Positions 56,725 to 64,000 of a DNA stretch of 64,000 nucleotides are shown piece after piece. The notes beneath the pieces are model-generated. The model had not been told where the DNA came from. It worked only from the letters and a program-made list of their open reading frames with translations, and did not search any database. A program made the translations under genes and the position numbers. This DNA comes from Planktothrix sp. GU0601_MAG3 (lineage in GTDB: Bacteria; Cyanobacteriota; Cyanobacteriia; Cyanobacteriales; Microcoleaceae), in contig CP136572.1 of the NCBI GenBank assembly GCA_035193785.1, positions 4,724,578 to 4,788,577 of the forward strand, written 5' to 3'. The stretch's first letter is position 1; the number at the start of each line of letters is the position of its first letter.

Positions 56725-58749
56725 TTATCTTTGTTTTAAAATAATTAAAGTAATATCATCATAAACCTTATGTTTGCCAATATGCGATCGCAGATCATCA
56801 ATCACGGCTTTCCGAATTTCTAATGCGGTTAAATGCCAATGTTTTTTCACCATGTCACAGAGTCTTTCTAAAGAATAAAATTTACCTTGATCATTTTCGG
56901 CTTCCGTAATACCATCGGTATATAAAACCGCACCATCTCCAGAATTTAGTTTAATATTAATAGAACCAATAAAATCCGCAATATCCTCTTCCAAACCAAT
57001 AGGAAATCCCAAATCTATGGTATCAATGGTTTCTACTAAAGGATAACAGTTAGGATCGGATTTTGGATCACAGTCTAGTTGCGGTCGCACTACAATCATT
57101 TCCTCATGTTGACCACAAATACTTAAAAATCCATTATAATAATCTATTAAAGAAAACGTCAAATTTTTATCGGATTTCATCCGTTTAACATTATCATAAA
57201 TTACTCGATTTAGGGTGGTTAAAAAAATCATTGGATCGGTTTCATTGCAGGTAATTAAAGTTCGGACTGCCGTTTGTACCATTAGCATTAAAACCCCCGA
57301 TTCTAACCCATGTCCGGTCACATCTCCAATGCCAATTTTTACCATCCCATTACTATGTTGTAAAACATCATAATAGTCTCCTCCGACTTCATCCGCCGGT
57401 TCCATATAACCCGCAATATCTAAGTGGGCAATTTCAGAAAGTTCAGTTTCATTCGGTAAAATCATTTTTTGCAATTGACGAGTCACTTGTAACTCCGCAC
57501 TCATCCGAACATTTTCTGAAGTTAATTGCTGGTTGAGGGAAGTAATTTCTTGATTGGCTTTCACCAAAGCAAAAGCCATATTATTAAAGGATTTAGCAAC
57601 TTCTGCTAATTCATCTTGATTGTCCAGATGTAGGGTTTCATTCATGTCTCCCGCAATCATTTTCTGAGAAGCAATATTCAAACTATTAACCGTTTGCATC
57701 ACAGATCGATAAAATCCAATAAACAGATAAATTACTATTAATAATGAAATTAAAACTAGGATAGATAAAAAGATTTGTCTGTGCCGAAACCTGTTAATCC
57801 GTTGCTGTAATAAAACATCTAATTCATCAAGGGTTTTATCCCATAAAATCCAAGTTTGTTCTATGTTAGCTTCAGCTTCTGTGAAATATTGTTTCATGGG
57901 GCGGGTGTCTCCAGTTTTAATTACATCACTCAGTCCATCAGTGAGATTGTTAATATTATCAGTGAGTAAATTCAAGTCCTGGGTTAATTTTGGTCGAAGA
58001 TTGCCCCCAGAGTTATGATTAAAAGAGACTTCAAATGTGCGTTTGAGTTTTTCATTATAATCATTTAAAAGTCCTGAAATAGTTGTGATTTCCCAATATT
58101 CCCTTTGAGTTAGCTTTTGCTGTTGACGTTGGCTAACATCTTGACTAATTAACCGAATATCTGCTAAAATTTTATTAATTTCTGGTAATTTTAAAAGAGT
58201 AGCATCCATTAAATAATAACTGTCTAAATCAGGATCAAGAATTAAATTTGATTGATCACCAACCTGAAACCGGAGTTGATTGATTTGGTATAAAATAATA
58301 TCATAATAAACTTTTTGAGTTTTTAAATTCCAAAGATTCTGATTATATTGTAAAGTCGTCCAACTATCTTTGATTTCTTTAAAAAATTCAGTTGTTGATA
58401 ATATTCCTCCGATTTTTTTGTCAATTTCATCTAAAGTTTTAATCTGATCTGTAATTTCGGCTTTAATTTTTTCTAACTGAGTTTGGTCTTCTGGACTAAA
58501 AGTAGGTTTAGCCATTAATAATTGAGCTTGATAAACTTTAGGATAGAGTTGGCGCAGGGGACGGAGATAGATATTCCCTAACTTTTCTTGAGCAGCAAAA
58601 TCAATTAGACTTTGGACTTCCGAAACCAGAAGATACATCATCAAACTCAAAGGCACGATAAAAACACAACTAATTAAGAGAAATTTTTGGGGATATTTGA
58701 GTCTATTAATCAGGGAAATAGCGGGTTTAAAAAAGTCAGTTATTTTCAT
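56725..58749 (-). CDS. HAMP plus SpoIIE/PP2C phosphatase sensor protein
   Basis: Two TM segments, DELAEVAKSFN HAMP, EVGGDYYD, GDVTGHG, YTDGITEA, DDIT. Confidence 0.92.
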   Translation of the reverse strand: MKITDFFKPAISLINRLKYPQKFLLISCVFIVPLSLMMYLLVSEVQSLIDFAAQEKLGNIYLRPLRQLYPKVYQAQLLMAKPTFSPEDQTQLEKIKAEITDQIKTLDEIDKKIGGILSTTEFFKEIKDSWTTLQYNQNLWNLKTQKVYYDIILYQINQLRFQVGDQSNLILDPDLDSYYLMDATLLKLPEINKILADIRLISQDVSQRQQQKLTQREYWEITTISGLLNDYNEKLKRTFEVSFNHNSGGNLRPKLTQDLNLLTDNINNLTDGLSDVIKTGDTRPMKQYFTEAEANIEQTWILWDKTLDELDVLLQQRINRFRHRQIFLSILVLISLLIVIYLFIGFYRSVMQTVNSLNIASQKMIAGDMNETLHLDNQDELAEVAKSFNNMAFALVKANQEITSLNQQLTSENVRMSAELQVTRQLQKMILPNETELSEIAHLDIAGYMEPADEVGGDYYDVLQHSNGMVKIGIGDVTGHGLESGVLMLMVQTAVRTLITCNETDPMIFLTTLNRVIYDNVKRMKSDKNLTFSLIDYYNGFLSICGQHEEMIVVRPQLDCDPKSDPNCYPLVETIDTIDLGFPIGLEEDIADFIGSINIKLNSGDGAVLYTDGITEAENDQGKFYSLERLCDMVKKHWHLTALEIRKAVIDDLRSHIGKHKVYDDITLIILKQR

Positions 58750-58768
58750 TAATCTTAGATTGAATTAA

Positions 58769-60419
58769 TTAATATCGAAATCGTAGCAATGAACTCAATT
58801 TAACTTGGTCTCTACCATTTTTTTTCGCTTCATATAGAGCTTCATCCGTTGCTAAAAATAGGGTTTCAATATCCACCGCGTCTACACCAGGAATCGCAGT
58901 GGCAACTCCTAAACTAATAGTAATAATTGGTGCGCGACGGTTTGGCAATTTATCCGTATCAAAAGGTATAGCTAAGGTTTGAATATTCTCACGAACAGAT
59001 TCCGCAATGTACATTGCACCTTTAGCATCGGTTTGAGGGAGAATAATTACAAATTCTTCACCCCCATAACGGGCAACTAAATCCCCTGGACGTTGAAACC
59101 ATATCACAAATAGCTTGCGCTACGGCCCGTAAAGATTGATCTCCGGCTTGATGACCATAGGTATCATTATAAATTTTAAAATTATCAATATCACATAAAA
59201 TTAAAGATAATGGGGCAATTTCCCGCATCATTCGTTTCCACTCAATATCTACGGAGCGATCAAATTGTCTACGGTTAAAAACCTGTGTCAGAGTGTCAAT
59301 ATAAACTAGGGATTTTAACAGTTTATTTTCTTCCTGTAGCTGTTTTAAATTAACGGTGGTATTGGGGTTTTTACTGAGAATTTGGGTGCTAAAATAGAGA
59401 TAATAGAGTTCACAGGATGGTGTACAGTAGTTTTCCTTCAAATTAACAATGCCTAAACTATATAATTGATAGGCAATGATCGGTTCTAGTTGTATACCTG
59501 TTTTAGAGGTAACCACCCGTTGCATGGCGCTCGCCAGTTCGGGTTTGTTATGTAGAATTAGCCAAAGGGATTGTAGGTGTTCTCTGTAAATTCCCTCTAG
59601 GGTCGGAGCTTTTTTTAATAAGTCTTCTAGGCTGATTAAATTATTGGCTATATGATAAATAGCAAGATGCACTAAATAGGGGTGTCCCCCGACTAAACTG
59701 GTTAATTTTTGAATTTGAGTATCGCTTAAATTCAGGTGATAACGTTCAGCTAGATTTTGAACTTGAGTAACTGTAAACGGGGGAAGTTCAATGGATAATC
59801 CAATATTAAAAGGAGATTGATGAATATTTAAAGGTATATAATATTCCGCCGATTGCACTAAGAATAAGTGTAGCTTTTTCCAGGCTAGATTATGTCGGGA
59901 TTGTTCATACCAAAATCGAATTAAAGGTAGAAAATTTTGACTAATATTTGTATGTTCAAACAAAATATTTAATTCATTGAATACTAGAAATAGTGGGCAA
60001 TTAATCTGTGGGAAAATATAGAGTTCAAAATATAGTGTACAACTCACTTTACTTCCCATATCTTCATCCCAATAATCGTCTAATTTGGGATCAATTTCTA
60101 ATTTTCGAGCCACATTAATACACAGCCAGCGAAAAAATTTATCCGTATTTTCAAAAATTTCTTGGTCAACTTGCAGAAAATCAATTAAAACGCTGCGGTA
60201 CCCCAAGGTTTCTGCATAATCTATTAACCTTAACATTAGGGAACTTTTTCCCATCTTTCTAGCGGCTTTAACTCGCAATAAACTCCCGGATTTTTCGAGT
60301 TCCGTATAGGCCCATTCTTCACTAGGAGAGCGATTAATATAGAAGGGAGAATTTAAGGCCAGGGGGCGGTCAGGAAATATCAATGTATTTTCTTGTAACA
60401 TTTTTTTTTGTAAAGACAT
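58769..60419 (-). CDS. AAA_35-like domain plus GGDEF diguanylate cyclase (+1 at GTTC ~59095)
   Basis: [47 protein letters not shown]. Confidence 0.88.
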
Positions 60420-60775
60420 AAATCATTACATGGGTTGAGGTTAAATCTGGAAATCAAATCAAGTTTAAAAAAAAGGATGCTAATTAAATTGTAAAAATAC
60501 CTACTTCTATTAGTATAGATCATTAATTATTGAAATTCAATGAATTTCCCCAAATATCAACCAGTAGAAAGCCCACCCCCGAGGCTAGGCTAAATCAAAG
60601 ATAATGTTACCAAAAATACAATTAACTTATTCTCCCATCCTAGACCCCTGTTCAACCGCTTTCCCAAGGAGTAAGACTGTTAAACACACTTTTGTTAAAG
60701 CGGATTCAGGGGGTCTAATTCGGGATTTAATTAAGGGTTTTAGACTTAATTTGTGACCTCAGCTAAAATCACAAC

Positions 60776-62179
60776 TTAGACATCAGGATAAGCCATCTTA
60801 TAGGGATTGACAATCTGGTCAAATTCTTCGCTGGAAATATACCCCAACTCTAAACAAACTTCCTTTAAAGTCAGATCTTTTTCCAGGGCAATATGAGCAA
60901 CCTGGGCCGCTTGATCATAGCCAATTTTCGGAGCTAATGCCGTTACTAACATTAAAGATTGTTCAACATAGCTGTTGATTTTATTGCGATTAACTTTTAA
61001 TCCAGTTAATAAAAAATCCGTAAAATTATGACAACTATCTGATAAGATAGCCACCGATTGAATGAAGTTAAAAATGATCATCGGTTTGAACACATTTAAC
61101 TCAAAATGACCTTGGGAACCAGCAATAGTAATCGCCGTATCATAACCAATTACCTGGGCGGCTACCATGGTCATCGCTTCGCATTGGGTTGGGTTCACTT
61201 TCCCGGGCATAATTGATGAACCGGGCTCATTTTCAGGTAAGATTAATTCCCCGAAACCACAACGGGGGCCACTACCTAAAAATCGAATATCATTGGCAAT
61301 TTTCATCAACGAACAAGCCAGGGTTTTTAATGCACCACTAGCCATAACTAGACCATCATGGGCGGCCATGGCTGCGAATTTATTCGGAGCAGAAATAAAG
61401 GGTAATCCGGTTAATTGATTAATCTGATTAGAGACTTTTTCTGCAAATCCTTTCGGGGTATTTAATCCCGTTCCCACGGCGGTTCCGCCAATGGCTAATT
61501 CATATAAATCGGGTAAAATAAGTTCAAGACGCTTTAAATCTGCATCGAGTTGAGCCACATAACCGGAAAATTCTTGACCCAATGTTAGGGGAACGGCATC
61601 TTGTAAATGGGTTCTACCAATTTTTACAATATCGGCAAATTCATCGACTTTTTTTTGTAACTCATCCCGCATTTTTTTGACACTGGGAATTAATCTTTGG
61701 GTCACCGCTATCGCCGCGGCAATGTGCATAGCGGTGGGGAAGGTATCATTAGAAGATTGGGACATATTAACATGATCATTCGGATGAATTGGGGTTTTAC
61801 TCCCTAAAATTCCGCCGGAAATTTCAATCCCGCGATTGGCAATGACTTCATTAATATTCATATTAGACTGGGTGCCGCTTCCGGTCATCCAAACCCGCAA
61901 GGGAAAGTGATCATCTAGTTTGCCATCAATCACTTCATCGGCGGCTTGAACGATTAATTGAGCCTTGTCTGGGGGGAGTTTTCCTAATTCTTGATTGGTG
62001 AGGGCGGCGGCTTTTTTTAGAATCCCAAAGGCGGTAATCACTTCTTTGGGCATTAAGTCATTACCTATATTAAAATAATAGATAGAACGTTGAGTTTGAG
62101 CCCCCCAATAGCGATCGCTCTTTACCTCAATTTCTCCCATACTATCGCGTTCTTTGCGGGTCGGTTGTTCTGTTGTCAT
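60776..62179 (-). CDS. fumC: Class II fumarate hydratase
   Basis: [33 protein letters not shown]. Confidence 0.96.
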   Translation of the reverse strand: MTTEQPTRKERDSMGEIEVKSDRYWGAQTQRSIYYFNIGNDLMPKEVITAFGILKKAAALTNQELGKLPPDKAQLIVQAADEVIDGKLDDHFPLRVWMTGSGTQSNMNINEVIANRGIEISGGILGSKTPIHPNDHVNMSQSSNDTFPTAMHIAAAIAVTQRLIPSVKKMRDELQKKVDEFADIVKIGRTHLQDAVPLTLGQEFSGYVAQLDADLKRLELILPDLYELAIGGTAVGTGLNTPKGFAEKVSNQINQLTGLPFISAPNKFAAMAAHDGLVMASGALKTLACSLMKIANDIRFLGSGPRCGFGELILPENEPGSSIMPGKVNPTQCEAMTMVAAQVIGYDTAITIAGSQGHFELNVFKPMIIFNFIQSVAILSDSCHNFTDFLLTGLKVNRNKINSYVEQSLMLVTALAPKIGYDQAAQVAHIALEKDLTLKEVCLELGYISSEEFDQIVNPYKMAYPDV

Positions 62180-62403
62180 GGTCAGAGTTCTCCCAATTCT
62201 AGGCAATTAATTATTTTAGTTTATTATAAACTAATACCTAACTACCCAGCCCTCTTTCTTTGAAGCTAAGGGGGAGAATATAATGTTATTAAATATCGTT
62301 ATAATTTATAGTCATAATCCTCCTCTCCTCCCCTAAAAGGAGAGGGTTTGGGGGAGAGGTGACACAATTTTTCACCTAAGAACAAAACTGCCTAAAACCC
62401 AAT

Positions 62404-62872
62404 TTAATATTGTTTCATTGCCCTTTCCATCGCCCGTTTATCATCTTTTTGACGAATATCATCCCGTTTATCGTGGAGTTTTTTGCCTCGGCCAACGGCA
62501 ATATCAACTTTCACTCGTCCTCCCTTGAGATACATTTTTAGGGGAACTAATGTTAACCCCTTTTGTTCGACCTGTCCCAATAGTTTATTAATTTGTTCTT
62601 TATGCAGTAATAATTTGCGGGTGCGCCGAGGATCATGGTTAAAATAAACACTAGCCTTCTCAAAGGGTGAGATATGGGCATTCAATAGCCAGGCTTCGCC
62701 CCCCCGAATTAAGGCATAGGCATCTTGCAGGTTGACTTTACCCGCCCGAATCGATTTGACTTCCGTTTCCCTCAAGGGCGATGCCCGCCTGATAGGTTTC
62801 TAAAATCTCGTAAAGATAGCGGGCTTTGCGGTTGTCGCTGACAATTTTATATCCTTCGCTGTTTTTAGTCAT
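62404..62872 (-). CDS. smpB: SsrA-binding protein (+1 at GAAC ~62765)
   Basis: NRKARYLY, GTEVKSIR, RKLLLH, GKKLHDKR. Confidence 0.95.
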
Positions 62873-63088
62873 GTTTTCAATTTAGCAGATTATTTGATTG
62901 AACATCTAGGGGCCATGATTAATTATAGCAATTTACGACTTTTTTTAACCGAAATGAATAGAAAACAGGTTAATTAAATCAAACAATATATTCCTTGAGC
63001 TAGATGGTAAAATAATTAATTTCTTTTAAGATAAATAAGTAATAAAGGCGAATTCCGTCAATTTAATCAAGGTTTAGGAATTATCAAA

Positions 63089-63568
63089 ATGCAGAAATTA
63101 ACTCAAGCTCTACGGTCTATATCCTTCAAAAATATTTTAGGTGTTTTTTTTGCAGGATTATTAATGTTGATCAGTACCGCTTGTAGTAATAATCCTCCCA
63201 CGGCTCAGTCATCGGGAGAGGGCAATCCCAATCAATCTAAGGGATTAACCAGCGAACTTCCTAGCCCCGTTAAATCTAATCAGAAAACGGAGATGTACGC
63301 CTTTGACAACAGTGACCAAGATATCGTAAAACGGGTCAAAGATGTATCGGAAAAGGTTAGTAACTCCGCCAGTGAAGTGGCCGGGGATTTGATGAAAGGA
63401 ACCCAAAAGAACATTCAGAAGGCTGAAGATAACACCAAACAAGCCCTAAATCAAGTCCAAAAGGCGGCGGAAGAAACCTCAAAGGATATTAAAAGTCAGG
63501 CTTCTAAGGGCGCTGGACAAGTCAAGGATAAAGCTGGAGATTTTCAACGGCAGATACAAAAATCCTGA
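63089..63568 (+). CDS. Hypothetical lipoprotein with LEA-like amphipathic C-terminus
   Basis: Lipobox-like LISTAC; K/Q/A-rich helical tail. Confidence 0.7.
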   Translation: MQKLTQALRSISFKNILGVFFAGLLMLISTACSNNPPTAQSSGEGNPNQSKGLTSELPSPVKSNQKTEMYAFDNSDQDIVKRVKDVSEKVSNSASEVAGDLMKGTQKNIQKAEDNTKQALNQVQKAAEETSKDIKSQASKGAGQVKDKAGDFQRQIQKS

Positions 63569-63926
63569 TCAATTAGCTAAATTATTGACCTAGTTGCCAT
63601 ATCTATCTAAAGGTAGATGTGTCCACAAATCCTGTGGAGTTAGATTATAAAAACTATCGCACGTTCTCAATTCGCGCTTTCCCCAGTCAAGCAAAAGCTG
63701 GGGATTTTTCGTCAACAACTTCCCCCTTGTTGATGTTCAACGGCCGATCAATTTCATCACTTTTCCCCGTAATTTTTGTTTGCAATTATAGCAGTCGCGG
63801 GCATCGCGGTTAGGACTCATACTAATCCATAAAACCTGATGGTAAGGTCTTTTCCCTCTGTTGCCTGTTGCCCATTCCCTGTTCCCTGCTATAGTTGTTT
63901 GAAGCGTTCAGTCCCCAAAATTTTGA

Positions 63927-64000
63927 TTAATTAATTGGGATCAGGATAGTGAATTCTGCCCCTTCTCCGGGTTGGGAATCACAACTCATTTGACCCTGAT
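63927..64000 (-). CDS. 3' end of a sensor histidine kinase (HATPase_c), partial
   Basis: QGQMSCDSQPGEGAEFTILIPIN*. Confidence 0.7.
   Translation of the reverse strand, partial: QGQMSCDSQPGEGAEFTILIPIN

Noticed and set aside
1179..62872. Massive pseudogenisation or programmed frameshifting
   Set aside because: Breaks hit essential genes, are all insertions at one 4-mer, and also appear in single copies of non-coding repeats. This fits a sequencing artefact rather than gene decay.
63619..63820. Small ORFs on either strand near the window end
   Set aside because: They are short, lack recognisable motifs and have no convincing continuous frame.

Overview
Chromosomal window from a filamentous cyanobacterium. 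Frequent HIP1 GCGATCGC, GAATTAC/TATTGCC/CCCCTGCT tandem repeats and AGAAACCGGGTTTCT palindromes suggest a Planktothrix-like Oscillatoriales strain. Most of the window is housekeeping (cofG, murJ, sfsA, livHMGF, bamA, purC, folP, tpiA, ribF, cbiB, pyrR, rsmB, tRNA nucleotidyltransferase, fumC, smpB). Accessory content: (i) a GrrA/GrrM/GrrP triceptide RiPP cluster with two precursors; (ii) a graspetide precursor plus ATP-grasp ligase; (iii) an orphan ~895-aa protein with the motif order of RdRP/YonO-type two-barrel RNA polymerases but a DANGD catalytic loop; (iv) a 3.7-kb island bounded by REP direct repeats, holding an attC-flanked HEPN-like cassette, an IS701 element and TA relics; (v) two 103-bp MITEs sharing ends with that IS. 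The strongest window-wide pattern is that 26 apparent frameshifts, including ones in essential genes, are all repaired by deleting extra base(s) at GAAC/GTTC. This is almost certainly a motif-specific sequencing artefact and suggests a DNA modification at that motif, which is the known Dnd phosphorothioate target. Gene coordinates below are merged across those artefacts. Product calls come from motif recognition only; no database search was run.
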